Positions 25,007-34,704 of a stretch of 37,948 bases of DNA are shown one piece after another. The stretch is from Actinomycetota bacterium. GTDB lineage: Bacteria; Actinomycetota; Actinomycetes; Nanopelagicales; Nanopelagicaceae. The stretch lies in NCBI GenBank assembly GCA_039795555.1, contig JBDKLQ010000003.1:1-37948 (forward strand), given 5' to 3'. Both the position numbers and the translations under genes were made by a program. The notes beneath the pieces were generated by a model, which was not told where the DNA came from, ran no database searches, and saw nothing but the letters and a program-made list of their open reading frames with translations. Position 1 is the stretch's first letter. The number at the start of each line of letters is the position of its first letter.

Positions 25007-26610
25007 AGTTATTAGCGCCCGAACCTGGCTGGAGCCAACATGCCGACGTGGTGGTTGTTGGTTCAGGTATAGCAGGATTAACTACTGCGCTACATGCGCG
25101 AACTTTAGGTTTATCGGTTTTGCTTGTAACAAAATCTTTTATTGATGAAGGTTCAACCAAGTGGGCGCAAGGTGGGATTGCTGCAGCGTTAGGTCCGGGT
25201 GATTCACCAGCTGAACACGAACGAGACACGCTAGTTGCTGGCGCTGGGTTATGTGATGTGGCTGCGGTAAAAGTTTTAGTAACTGAAGGTCCAGAAGCAG
25301 TTCGAAAATTAATTGCGCGCGGTGCAGTATTTGATAAAGAAGCAAGTGGTGAATTTTCCGTAACTCGTGAAGGTGGCCATTTAAAAAATCGAATTTTGCA
25401 TGCAGGTGGTGACGCAACTGGCGCCGAAATTTCTCGCGCATTACTAGCAGCAGTTCGGGAAGATCACGGAATCGAAGTTATCGAACATGCGCTGGTATTA
25501 GATGCGCTAAAAGATAAAAGTGGCGCAGTTTGTGGCGTCACTTTGCACGTAATTGGTGAAGGTTCACGCGATGGCGTTGGCCAAATTTTCGCCGGCGCGG
25601 TAGTCCTGGCAACTGGCGGATTGGGACAAGTTTTTCAAGAGAGTACTAATCCAGCGGTATCAACTGGCGATGGCGTTGCGTTAGCAATGCGTGCGGGCGC
25701 AAAAATTTCCGATGTGGAATTTATTCAATTTCATCCAACTGTTTTGTGGTTAGGTGAAAAACATGTAGGGCAGCAACCGCTAATAAGTGAAGCAGTTCGC
25801 GGTGAAGGCGCCTATTTAATAGATGATGAAGGTAAAAGATTTATGGTCGGACAACATAAATTGGCTGAGCTAGCACCGCGCGATGTTGTCGCAAAAGCGA
25901 TTATGCGACAGATGGAAGAGCGGCAAATTCCTCATGTTTGGTTAGATGCCCGCCACTTAGAAAATTTCGCCGAAAGATTTCCCACAATTTATTCATCGTG
26001 CTTGGCTAATGGCATTAACCCGACAAATGATTTAATTCCGGTAGCACCGGCATCGCACTATGCATCTGGCGGAATTCGAGTCGATTTAAATGGACTAAGC
26101 AGTATTCCAGGACTTTACGCGTGCGGCGAAACTGCCTGCTCTGGTGTACATGGTGCAAATCGCTTAGCTTCAAATTCATTATTAGAAGGGTTAGTTTTTA
26201 GCGCCCGAATTGCCGAACATATCGCCGCTAATCGCCGACCATTTGGTCAGCCCGTTAAAAATGAAGATAAAAGTATTCTGATCGACGCCAATTTGCGTAG
26301 CGTTATTCAACATGCAATGAGCGAGGGCGCTGGGGTATTGCGCTCCAAAGAATCGCTAACTGCAACTGCAGTTACTCTTAGCGAAATTCGCCATCGCACA
26401 AGTAATGCGCCTTCAACAAAGAGTTGGGAAACCACAAACCTTTATCAATTGGCACAGGCGATTTTGAAAGCTGCGCTTTTAAGAGAAGAAACCCGTGGGT
26501 CGCATTGGCGGGAAGATTTTCCTGAACAAGCTAAAAATTGGCAGAAACGAATAAATTTACATTTAACAGATGATCAATTTGAAGTTAGTTATGAAGAGGT
26601 GGCTTCATGA
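25003..26610 (+). CDS. nadB: L-aspartate oxidase
   Basis: FAD motif VVVGSGIAGL, with RDTLVAGAGLCD, HPT, GETACSGVHGANRLASNSLLE and ETRGSHWRED. Confidence 0.9.
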   Translation: MKLLAPEPGWSQHADVVVVGSGIAGLTTALHARTLGLSVLLVTKSFIDEGSTKWAQGGIAAALGPGDSPAEHERDTLVAGAGLCDVAAVKVLVTEGPEAVRKLIARGAVFDKEASGEFSVTREGGHLKNRILHAGGDATGAEISRALLAAVREDHGIEVIEHALVLDALKDKSGAVCGVTLHVIGEGSRDGVGQIFAGAVVLATGGLGQVFQESTNPAVSTGDGVALAMRAGAKISDVEFIQFHPTVLWLGEKHVGQQPLISEAVRGEGAYLIDDEGKRFMVGQHKLAELAPRDVVAKAIMRQMEERQIPHVWLDARHLENFAERFPTIYSSCLANGINPTNDLIPVAPASHYASGGIRVDLNGLSSIPGLYACGETACSGVHGANRLASNSLLEGLVFSARIAEHIAANRRPFGQPVKNEDKSILIDANLRSVIQHAMSEGAGVLRSKESLTATAVTLSEIRHRTSNAPSTKSWETTNLYQLAQAILKAALLREETRGSHWREDFPEQAKNWQKRINLHLTDDQFEVSYEEVAS

Positions 26611-27428
26611 ATCTAGATACTTTAATTGAACTAGCACTTGCCGAAGATTTGCGCGGCGGTAGCGATGTAACTTCGGAAGCCACAATTGCGGCTGATGCTA
26701 AATCCACGGCGGAATTTGTTGCACGCAGCGAAGGAGTAGTTGCCGGAATTACCGCAGCGGTCGCAGTATTAAAGCGAGTTGGGTTAACCGAAATTGACGT
26801 TATTACCAAAGATGGCGATCGGGTTCATAAAGGTCAAAAATTAATTAGCGTCACTGGAAATACCCGAAAAATATTATTAGCCGAACGCACTGCGCTAAAT
26901 TTTTTAACCCATTTAAGTGGTATCGCTACCACCACTAGCCATTGGGTTAAAACTTTGGAAGGTAGCAATTGCAAAGTTCGCGATACTCGAAAAACCACAC
27001 CTGGTTTTAGAGATCTAGAAAAAGAAGCAGTCGCATTTGGTGGCGGAACTAATCATCGATTGGGTTTAAGCGATGCCATATTGATTAAAGATAATCACAT
27101 CCAAGCAGCTGGCAGCATTACGGCAGCAATTGAACGGGTGAAACCACTTGGCCTACCAATCGAAATTGAAGTTGATAATTTAGAACAGTTAAAAGAAGTT
27201 ATCCCGCTTCGCCCGGATTTAGTTTTGCTAGATAACTTTGAACCAGTCGATTGCATCAAAGCAGTAGCGCTAGTAAATGGCGCATTTAAATTGGAAGCAT
27301 CGGGCGGAATTACTTTAGAAAATGCCAATGCTTATGCGGTAACTGGTGTGGATTTCATTGCCGTAGGTGCGCTGACACATTCCGCTCCGGCATTTGATAT
27401 CGGATTAGATTTTAAGGAAGGCAAATAA
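26607..27428 (+). CDS. nadC: Nicotinate-nucleotide (quinolinate) pyrophosphorylase
   Basis: ERTALNFLTHLSGIAT, DTRKTTPG, HRLGLSDAILIKDNH and EASGGI motifs. Confidence 0.9.
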   Translation: MNLDTLIELALAEDLRGGSDVTSEATIAADAKSTAEFVARSEGVVAGITAAVAVLKRVGLTEIDVITKDGDRVHKGQKLISVTGNTRKILLAERTALNFLTHLSGIATTTSHWVKTLEGSNCKVRDTRKTTPGFRDLEKEAVAFGGGTNHRLGLSDAILIKDNHIQAAGSITAAIERVKPLGLPIEIEVDNLEQLKEVIPLRPDLVLLDNFEPVDCIKAVALVNGAFKLEASGGITLENANAYAVTGVDFIAVGALTHSAPAFDIGLDFKEGK

Positions 27429-28193
27429 ATGTTACTTACCGTTGATGTTGGAAATACCCAAACGGTTTTAGGAACCTTTTTAGGTGAAAATTTGGTTCAT
27501 AGTTGGCGCGTAAAAACCGATCCACGGAACACGGCAGATGAATTATGGTTGCAATACAGCGCGTTAATCGATGATTTGCAATTAACTGGGTTGTCGGTTT
27601 GTTCAACTGTCCCGGCAACGCTTCGCGAACTTCGTTCGATGATCGGCCAATATTTTCCAGATTTGCCAACCACAATTGTGGAGCCAGGAATTAAAACTGG
27701 GGTGCCACTTCTAGTTGATAATCCAAAAGAGATTGGTTCAGATCGAATCGTAAATACCTTAGCGGCGCACACGCTTTATGGCGGCCCAGCAATTGTGGTG
27801 GATTTTGGTACCTCAACTAATTTAGATGTGGTCTCGCCAAAAGGAGAATTCTTAGGCGGTGCGTTAGCGCCCGGGATTGAAATATCGGTAGATGCTTTGG
27901 CAGCGCGGGCAGCACAACTTCGAAAAGTGGAATTGGTAAAACCAAAATCAGTAATTGGAAAGAACACAGTCGAAGCGTTGCAATCTGGAACTATTTTTGG
28001 ATTCGCTGGACAAGTTGATGGTTTAGTTGATCGCATCTCATCGGAAATTGAAGCAACATATAACGAACGGCCAACTGTCATCGCTACCGGTGGCTTAGCA
28101 CCGCTGATTTATGGGGTCGCCGAAAATCTTGATCGGCATGAGCCAGATTTAACGTTGATTGGACTTCGGTTAATTCACGAACGAAATAAGTAA
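27429..28193 (+). CDS. coaX: Type III pantothenate kinase
   Basis: MLLTVDVGNTQTV (DxGNT), GSDRIVN, VVDFGTSTN and ATGGLA motifs. Confidence 0.9.
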   Translation: MLLTVDVGNTQTVLGTFLGENLVHSWRVKTDPRNTADELWLQYSALIDDLQLTGLSVCSTVPATLRELRSMIGQYFPDLPTTIVEPGIKTGVPLLVDNPKEIGSDRIVNTLAAHTLYGGPAIVVDFGTSTNLDVVSPKGEFLGGALAPGIEISVDALAARAAQLRKVELVKPKSVIGKNTVEALQSGTIFGFAGQVDGLVDRISSEIEATYNERPTVIATGGLAPLIYGVAENLDRHEPDLTLIGLRLIHERNK

Positions 28194-28214
28194 ACCGATA
28201 GACTCGCCCGCATC

Positions 28215-29696
28215 ATGGCCGAAGATGATTTACCAGAACAGCTGCGCATTCGCCGCGAAAAGCGCGAAAGCTTATTAGCGCAAGGTATCGAGCCATATCC
28301 CGTATCTGTTGAACGGACGATAACTCTGGCGCAAATCCGCGAAAAATATGCGAATTTGGAAATTGATTCAACTACTGGTGATATTCAATCGGTAACTGGG
28401 CGAATTATTTTTAAACGCGATACCGGCAAACTTTGTTTTGCAGCGCTACGCGAAGGTGATGGCACTGAATTACAGGCAATGTTTAGCTTAGACAAAATTG
28501 GCGCTGAATCTTTGGAAAGCTGGAAGAGTGATATTGATTTAGGTGACATTGTTTCAGTTACCGGTGAAATTATTTCTTCCAAGCGCGGTGAACTTTCAAT
28601 TTTGGCAAACTCTTGGACCTTGGCTGCGAAAGCGCTTCGACCATTGCCAAATGAACATAATCCATTAAACGAAGAAACTCGAGTTCGCCAACGTTATGTT
28701 GACTTAATTGTGCGTCCCGAAGCTCGTGAAATTGCGCGACTTCGCCCGAAAGTCATGAATTCACTTCGCAACACTTTTGCCAAACACGATTTTATTGAAG
28801 TCGAAACCCCAATGTTGCAGGTGCAACATGGTGGTGCTGCGGCGCGGCCATTTGTCACCAAATCAAATGCCTACGACATTGAGCTTTATTTACGGATTGC
28901 ACCAGAACTTTTCTTAAAGCGCTGCGTGGTCGGTGGCATCGAACGAGTATTTGAAATAAATCGCAATTTCCGAAATGAAGGCGCTGATTCCAGCCACTCG
29001 CCAGAGTTTGCGATGATTGAAAGCTATCAGGCATATGGCGACTGGAAATCAATTGCAGCGTTAACTAAAGAGTTGATTCAAAATGCAGCGCAAGATGTAT
29101 TTGGTAGCCATGTTGTAAAACATCATGATGGCCGAGAAATAAATTTAGGCGGAAACTGGAAAGAGATTTCGCTTTATGAAGCGATTTCAAATGGAGTTGG
29201 ACAAGAAGTTACAGCGCTAACGCCGTATGAAAATTTGAAGAAAATTGCGGAAAAACTAGGGATTAAAGTTGATCCAAAATGGGTTACTGGAAAATTAGCA
29301 GAAGAAATCTTCGAACATGTTGCGAAAGATGAATTAATCGAACCAACATTTGTGATGGGTTTTCCAGTCGACACTTCGCCATTAGTTCGAGCTCACCGCG
29401 AAACGCCAGGCGTTGCCGAAAAATGGGATTTATATATCCTCGGATTTGAATTAGCTACTGGCTATTCCGAATTGGTTGATCCAGTAATCCAACGTGATCG
29501 ACTAGTCGAACAATCGCGATTGGCTGCAAAAGGTGATCTTGAAGCGATGCAAGTTGATGAAGATTTCTTGCGAGCCATGGAATTTGGGATGCCACCAACA
29601 GGTGGCATGGGTATGGGCGCAGATCGATTATTGATGGCGCTTACCGGACTTGGCATTCGCGAAACAATTTTATTCCCGTTAGTTAAACCAGAATGA
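28215..29696 (+). CDS. lysS: Lysine-tRNA ligase, class II
   Basis: OB-fold N-domain and class II motifs (FIEVETPML, FRNEG, GMGMGADRLLMAL). Confidence 0.95.
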   Translation: MAEDDLPEQLRIRREKRESLLAQGIEPYPVSVERTITLAQIREKYANLEIDSTTGDIQSVTGRIIFKRDTGKLCFAALREGDGTELQAMFSLDKIGAESLESWKSDIDLGDIVSVTGEIISSKRGELSILANSWTLAAKALRPLPNEHNPLNEETRVRQRYVDLIVRPEAREIARLRPKVMNSLRNTFAKHDFIEVETPMLQVQHGGAAARPFVTKSNAYDIELYLRIAPELFLKRCVVGGIERVFEINRNFRNEGADSSHSPEFAMIESYQAYGDWKSIAALTKELIQNAAQDVFGSHVVKHHDGREINLGGNWKEISLYEAISNGVGQEVTALTPYENLKKIAEKLGIKVDPKWVTGKLAEEIFEHVAKDELIEPTFVMGFPVDTSPLVRAHRETPGVAEKWDLYILGFELATGYSELVDPVIQRDRLVEQSRLAAKGDLEAMQVDEDFLRAMEFGMPPTGGMGMGADRLLMALTGLGIRETILFPLVKPE

Positions 29697-30187
29697 TTAC
29701 GGTACGGCGCGCACGTACTAGCGATGTAAAAACAATTCGCGAAATTGTTGATGCCTATTCGGCAGGTCGAAGATTATTAAAAAAAGAGACCGTGACGCTT
29801 TACGAACAAACTCAAGAATTTGTAGTTGCCGAAAAAGATGGACAAGTAGTTGGTTGCGGTGCACTCCATATTCTTTGGGAAGATTTAGCAGAAGTCCGCA
29901 CTATTGCAGTATTGGAAGAGTTGCGCGGCCAAGGAATTGGCCATCAAATTTTGGAAACGCTAATCAATCGTGCCAATGAAGTCGGTGTAAAGAAAATTTT
30001 CTGCCTTACTTTTGAAACAGAATTTTTTGGAAAACATGGATTTAAAGAGATTGAAAGCGCACCGGTGGAACCAGAGGTTTATGCCGAACTGCTTCGCTCA
30101 TATGACGCTGGTGTGGCCGAGTTCTTAGATTTGGAGAGCGTGAAACCAAATACGCTCGGCAACACCCGAATGCTCAAAATCCTGTAG
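29693..30187 (+). CDS. Single-domain GNAT acetyltransferase (short ArgA-like amino-acid N-acetyltransferase)
   Basis: 164 aa. Acetyl-CoA motif LRGQGIGHQILE, and the N-terminal IRRA-type start MITVRRARTSDV typical of short actinobacterial ArgA-like GNATs. Confidence 0.75.
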   Translation: MITVRRARTSDVKTIREIVDAYSAGRRLLKKETVTLYEQTQEFVVAEKDGQVVGCGALHILWEDLAEVRTIAVLEELRGQGIGHQILETLINRANEVGVKKIFCLTFETEFFGKHGFKEIESAPVEPEVYAELLRSYDAGVAEFLDLESVKPNTLGNTRMLKIL

Positions 30188-30277
30188 GAAATCGGGCATA
30201 AAAACCCCAGATCTAGTGTTACTCAAGTAGTACAAAGGCCATTAGGCTATTTGTAATCGCCCTAAGGAGGCCTACGG

Positions 30278-32767
30278 ATGTTTGAGCGCTTTACCGACCG
30301 AGCTCGTCGCGTTGTTGTACTCGCGCAAGAAGAAGCTCGTATGCTCAATCACAATTACATCGGCACCGAACATATTTTGCTTGGCTTGATTCATGAAGGT
30401 GAAGGCGTTGCGGCAAAAGCGCTTGAAGGTATGGGAATTTCGTTAGATGGCGTACGCGGACAAGTTGAAGAAATTATTGGCCAAGGACAACAAGCACCTA
30501 GCGGCCACATTCCATTTACACCACGAGCTAAAAAAGTTTTAGAACTATCACTTCGCGAAGCGTTACAACTTGGCCACAACTACATTGGCACCGAACATAT
30601 TTTGCTTGGATTGATTCGCGAAGGTGAAGGCGTAGCTGCCCAAGTTTTAGTAAAGCTAGGTGCTGATCTTTCACGAGTTCGTAATACCGTAATTCAATTG
30701 CTATCTGGTTATCAAGGAAAAGAAGCAGTTGCAGCTGGCGGTCCAGCCGAAGGCACCCCAGCCACATCTTTAGTTTTAGATCAATTTGGTCGCAACTTAA
30801 CTCAAGCTGCGCGTGAAGCTAAATTAGATCCAGTAATTGGTCGCGATAACGAAATTGAACGCGTAATGCAGATTCTTTCTCGTCGCACCAAAAATAATCC
30901 AGTATTAATTGGCGAACCTGGCGTTGGTAAAACAGCTGTGGTTGAAGGCTTAGCGCAAGCAATTGTTCGCGGCGATGTGCCAGAAACTTTAAAAGATAAA
31001 CAACTTTACTCATTAGATCTAGGCGCCTTAGTCGCTGGATCACGCTACCGCGGAGATTTTGAAGAGCGGTTAAAGAAAGTTTTGAAAGAGATCAAAACTC
31101 GTGGCGACATTATTATCTTTATTGATGAAATCCATACTTTAGTTGGCGCAGGCGCTGCCGAAGGTGCGATTGATGCTGCTTCAATTTTGAAGCCGATGTT
31201 GGCTCGTGGTGAATTACAAACAATTGGCGCGACCACTTTGGATGAATATCGCAAGCATTTAGAAAAAGATGCCGCCCTTGAACGCCGGTTCCAACCAATT
31301 CAAGTTAAAGAACCATCAGTTGCGCACACTATTGAAATTTTGAAAGGCTTACGCGATCGTTACGAAACTCATCACCGAGTTTCAATCACCGATGGCGCAC
31401 TATCTGCTGCAGCGAACATGGCCGATCGTTATATTTCTGATCGCTTCTTGCCAGATAAGGCGATCGATTTAATTGATGAGGCTGGTTCCCGGCTTCGAAT
31501 CAAGCGCATGACTGTGCCGCCAGAGATCCGCGAATACGATGATCGAATTGCAAAAATTCGCCACGATAAAGAATCGGCAATTGACGGTCAGGATTTTGAA
31601 AAAGCAGCATCGCTTCGCGATGATGAAAAGAATTTAATTAACGAACGTGCTGAGAAAGAGAAAGCTTGGAAATCTGGCGATCTTGATCAAGTGACTGAGG
31701 TTGACGAAGAGCTAATTGCCCAAGTTCTTTCAGCATCTACCGGTATTCCAGTATTTAAGTTAACCGAAGAAGAAACTGCGCGCTTGCTTCGCATGGAAGA
31801 AGAGTTACATAAGCGCGTAATCGGACAAGAGCAAGCAATCAAAGCTTTGTCACAGGCTATTCGTCGTACTCGTGCAGGTCTTAAAGATCCACGCCGCCCA
31901 GGTGGCTCATTTATTTTTGCCGGACCATCGGGCGTTGGTAAAACTGAACTTTCTCGCACATTGGCACAATTCTTATTTGGCGATGCTGATGCGTTGATTC
32001 AACTTGATATGTCGGAATACTCCGAGCGTCATACCGCCTCTCGTTTATTTGGTGCTCCTCCAGGATATGTGGGTTACGACGAGGGTGGTCAATTAACCGA
32101 GAAAGTTCGTCGTCGACCATTCTCAGTAGTGCTCTTTGATGAAATCGAAAAAGCGCACCCAGATATCTTTAATTCACTATTGCAGGTTTTGGAAGATGGC
32201 CGGTTAACCGATGCGCAAGGGCGCACCGTTGATTTCAAGAACACCATCATCATCATGACCACAAACTTAGGTACTCGCGATATTTCAAAGAGCCTTGGGT
32301 TGGGCTTTGCAAATAGCGATGACGATTTAACAAATTACGAGCGGATGAAGGGCAAAGTTGGCGAAGAGTTGAAGAACCACTTCCGCCCAGAATTCTTAAA
32401 TCGTATCGATGATGTAATCGTCTTCCACCAGTTGACGCAAGACCAGATTATTCAGATTGTCGATTTGATGGTCGCGAGTTTGGACGAGCGGCTACGTGCG
32501 AAAGATATGGGTATTGAATTAACGCAAGCTGCAAAAGATTTATTAGCTAAGAAGGGTTACGACCCATTACTTGGCGCACGTCCACTCCGCCGCACAATTC
32601 AACGCGATATTGAGGATCCAATTTCCGAGCGGATTCTCTTTGGCGAATTGTCTGATGGCGAAATCATTTTGGTTGATGCAAAAGATGATGAGTTCACCTT
32701 TGTTGGAAATGCGAAGGCGAACACACCAGATTCACCAGAAGATTTAGCGCAAACGCCTTCTGCTTAA
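30278..32767 (+). CDS. clpC: ATP-dependent Clp protease ATP-binding subunit ClpC1
   Basis: Duplicated Clp_N repeat ([13 protein letters not shown] x2), Walker A GEPGVGKT and GPSGVGKT, and a UVR-like linker. Strong Shine-Dalgarno AAGGAGG at 30264-30270. Confidence 0.97.
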   Translation: MFERFTDRARRVVVLAQEEARMLNHNYIGTEHILLGLIHEGEGVAAKALEGMGISLDGVRGQVEEIIGQGQQAPSGHIPFTPRAKKVLELSLREALQLGHNYIGTEHILLGLIREGEGVAAQVLVKLGADLSRVRNTVIQLLSGYQGKEAVAAGGPAEGTPATSLVLDQFGRNLTQAAREAKLDPVIGRDNEIERVMQILSRRTKNNPVLIGEPGVGKTAVVEGLAQAIVRGDVPETLKDKQLYSLDLGALVAGSRYRGDFEERLKKVLKEIKTRGDIIIFIDEIHTLVGAGAAEGAIDAASILKPMLARGELQTIGATTLDEYRKHLEKDAALERRFQPIQVKEPSVAHTIEILKGLRDRYETHHRVSITDGALSAAANMADRYISDRFLPDKAIDLIDEAGSRLRIKRMTVPPEIREYDDRIAKIRHDKESAIDGQDFEKAASLRDDEKNLINERAEKEKAWKSGDLDQVTEVDEELIAQVLSASTGIPVFKLTEEETARLLRMEEELHKRVIGQEQAIKALSQAIRRTRAGLKDPRRPGGSFIFAGPSGVGKTELSRTLAQFLFGDADALIQLDMSEYSERHTASRLFGAPPGYVGYDEGGQLTEKVRRRPFSVVLFDEIEKAHPDIFNSLLQVLEDGRLTDAQGRTVDFKNTIIIMTTNLGTRDISKSLGLGFANSDDDLTNYERMKGKVGEELKNHFRPEFLNRIDDVIVFHQLTQDQIIQIVDLMVASLDERLRAKDMGIELTQAAKDLLAKKGYDPLLGARPLRRTIQRDIEDPISERILFGELSDGEIILVDAKDDEFTFVGNAKANTPDSPEDLAQTPSA

Positions 32768-32773
32768 ACTTGC

Positions 32774-33322
32774 CTAACGGCGCCACTTAACATTGCCCAG
32801 CGCAATTAAGCCAATAATCATGGCTATTTGGGATGCAATTGCAATCGGACTCTTTAAGTTGTTCACAATAATTTCGCCAAAGTTTGTCTCTTTTAACGTG
32901 CGCGCTGAAAAAACATAGAACGAGTAGGAGATGGTACGGCCGGCTGCAAAAGCTAGAAGTAGCGGGCGCAACTTGAGATTTTTCATAATTCCAGCAGCTT
33001 CAAAAAGTTGCGCAGATGAAATTGGTGAAACTAAAAATAAAGTTAATATGCCAAATTTGCGATCTGGATTGGCCGTGAAATATTGGCCGGCGCTCTCCAT
33101 ATTGCTCACCCAACGCTTTGGCAGCACCGCCGCAAATTTCCGAAAATATAAGGCCAGCAGCCAGCGGCCAAAAGTTGCCGCGATCACGCCACAGATAACT
33201 AACGGAACTGGTGCCACGTTGTAATTAATTGTAAATAGAACTAATAGCGTCCAAGTTGGTGGTGCAAAAGCTGGAACAACATTAGCTAAAAAAACTACGG
33301 CTAGAACCGTTATGAAAATCAA
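32774..33322 (-). CDS. Small polytopic membrane protein, possibly YqaA/DedA(VTT)-like
   Basis: 182 aa, 4-5 TM helices, overlapping the radA stop by 4 nt. The family assignment is a weak guess from length and hydrophobic pattern only. Confidence 0.45.
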   Translation of the reverse strand: MIFITVLAVVFLANVVPAFAPPTWTLLVLFTINYNVAPVPLVICGVIAATFGRWLLALYFRKFAAVLPKRWVSNMESAGQYFTANPDRKFGILTLFLVSPISSAQLFEAAGIMKNLKLRPLLLAFAAGRTISYSFYVFSARTLKETNFGEIIVNNLKSPIAIASQIAMIIGLIALGNVKWRR

Positions 33323-34677
33323 ATTTTTACCTTAGTAAGCGCCGTGTCAATTCGATTTACTTCAACTATTTCCATGCCAGCAATTTTTACATCAGATCCC
33401 GTCGGAACAAGCGCCCGTTTGAAACCTAAGCGGAACGCCTCTTCTAATCTGCGTTTTACGCCAGATACTTTTCTGATTTCGCCAGCTAAACCAACTTCAC
33501 CAATCGCTACCAAATCGGCTGGCAAAGCTAAACCCTTTGCAGCTGAAGCAATTGCCAGCGCTGCAGCTAAATCTGCCGCTGGTTCGCTCATTTTCATGCC
33601 ACCAACTGTTGCAACATAAACATCGCGACCACTTAAGCGAACATTTGCGCGAAGTTCTAGAACTGCCAAAGTCATTGAGGTGCGCGATGAATCCATGCCA
33701 CTGGTAACTCGGCGGGCATTACCAAAATCATTTTCGCGTCCCGCGCTAACTAGCGCTTGAATTTCAGCAAGTAACGGGCGGCGCCCTTCTAACGTAACCG
33801 TTACACAGGTACCCGGAACTGGTTCGAGATGGCGCGAAGTAAATAGCCCAGTTGGATCGGCAACGCCTTCGATGCCGGTATCAGTTAAATCAAAACAGCC
33901 AACTTCATCGCTAGCGCCAAAGCGATTTTTAATTGCCCGAACTAAGCGCAGACGTGAGTGACGTTCGCCTTCAAAATTCAAAACTACATCGACGATATGT
34001 TCGAGCAGACGTGGTCCGGCAATCGAACCATCTTTAGTTACATGGCCGACTAATAGCAAAGTTATGTCGCGCTCTTTTGCGATTCTAATTAAGGCGCCAG
34101 CAACTTCGCGAACTTGGGTGACCCCACCTGGTGCGCCATCAACTGTGGTGCTACCTACGGTCTGCACGCTATCGATAATTAATAATTGCGGTTTTACTGA
34201 ATCAATATGTGCAATCACCGAACTTAAATCAGTTTCGGCTGCTAGCCATAATTTTTGATCAACTGCGCCAATTCGTTCGGCGCGAAGTCGAACTTGGGCG
34301 GTTGATTCTTCGCCGCTGATGTAGAGCGAATTGATTCCGTTTCGCGCTACTTTTGCAGCCACCGATAGTAATAATGTGGATTTTCCAACTCCTGGTTCGC
34401 CAGCTAACAAAATCGCTGCGCCAGGAACTAAGCCGCCACCTAAGACGCGATCCAACTCTTCGATCCCGGTAGCGCGCGCTTTTGCCGATAATAAATCGAC
34501 ATCGCCAATTGGGGTTGCTGGTGAAGTAACTTTTCCAGCAACTAATGAGAGTTTCTTTGGTGCGCCAACCTCTTCGACGCTACCCCAGGCTTGGCATTCG
34601 CCGCAGCGGCCAACCCATTTGGCGCTACTCCAACCACATTCGCTACAGCGAAAGAGCTCTTCTTTTGCGCGGGCCAT
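33319..34677 (-). CDS. radA: DNA repair protein RadA/Sms
   Basis: Zinc finger CSECGWSSAKWVGRCGECQAWGS, Walker A GEPGVGKSTLLL, KNRFG motif, and a Lon-like C-terminal domain. Confidence 0.95.
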   Translation of the reverse strand: MARAKEELFRCSECGWSSAKWVGRCGECQAWGSVEEVGAPKKLSLVAGKVTSPATPIGDVDLLSAKARATGIEELDRVLGGGLVPGAAILLAGEPGVGKSTLLLSVAAKVARNGINSLYISGEESTAQVRLRAERIGAVDQKLWLAAETDLSSVIAHIDSVKPQLLIIDSVQTVGSTTVDGAPGGVTQVREVAGALIRIAKERDITLLLVGHVTKDGSIAGPRLLEHIVDVVLNFEGERHSRLRLVRAIKNRFGASDEVGCFDLTDTGIEGVADPTGLFTSRHLEPVPGTCVTVTLEGRRPLLAEIQALVSAGRENDFGNARRVTSGMDSSRTSMTLAVLELRANVRLSGRDVYVATVGGMKMSEPAADLAAALAIASAAKGLALPADLVAIGEVGLAGEIRKVSGVKRRLEEAFRLGFKRALVPTGSDVKIAGMEIVEVNRIDTALTKVKI

Positions 34678-34704
34678 AAGTTAAATCTTAGGACTTTGCG
34701 GTGA

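Noticed and set aside
30188-30277. ClgR-type operator or a terminator hairpin in the 90-nt gap before clpC.
   Set aside because: I found no convincing CGC-N5-GCG type inverted repeat and no stem longer than 3-4 bp. Only the strong Shine-Dalgarno AAGGAGG is clear.
30353-30641. Two about 64-nt DNA segments in clpC (30353-30416 and 30578-30641) that are about 87% identical.
   Set aside because: They are explained by the known internal duplication of the Clp_N domain ([21 protein letters not shown] twice) under strong purifying selection and shared codon bias. They are not a mobile or regulatory repeat.
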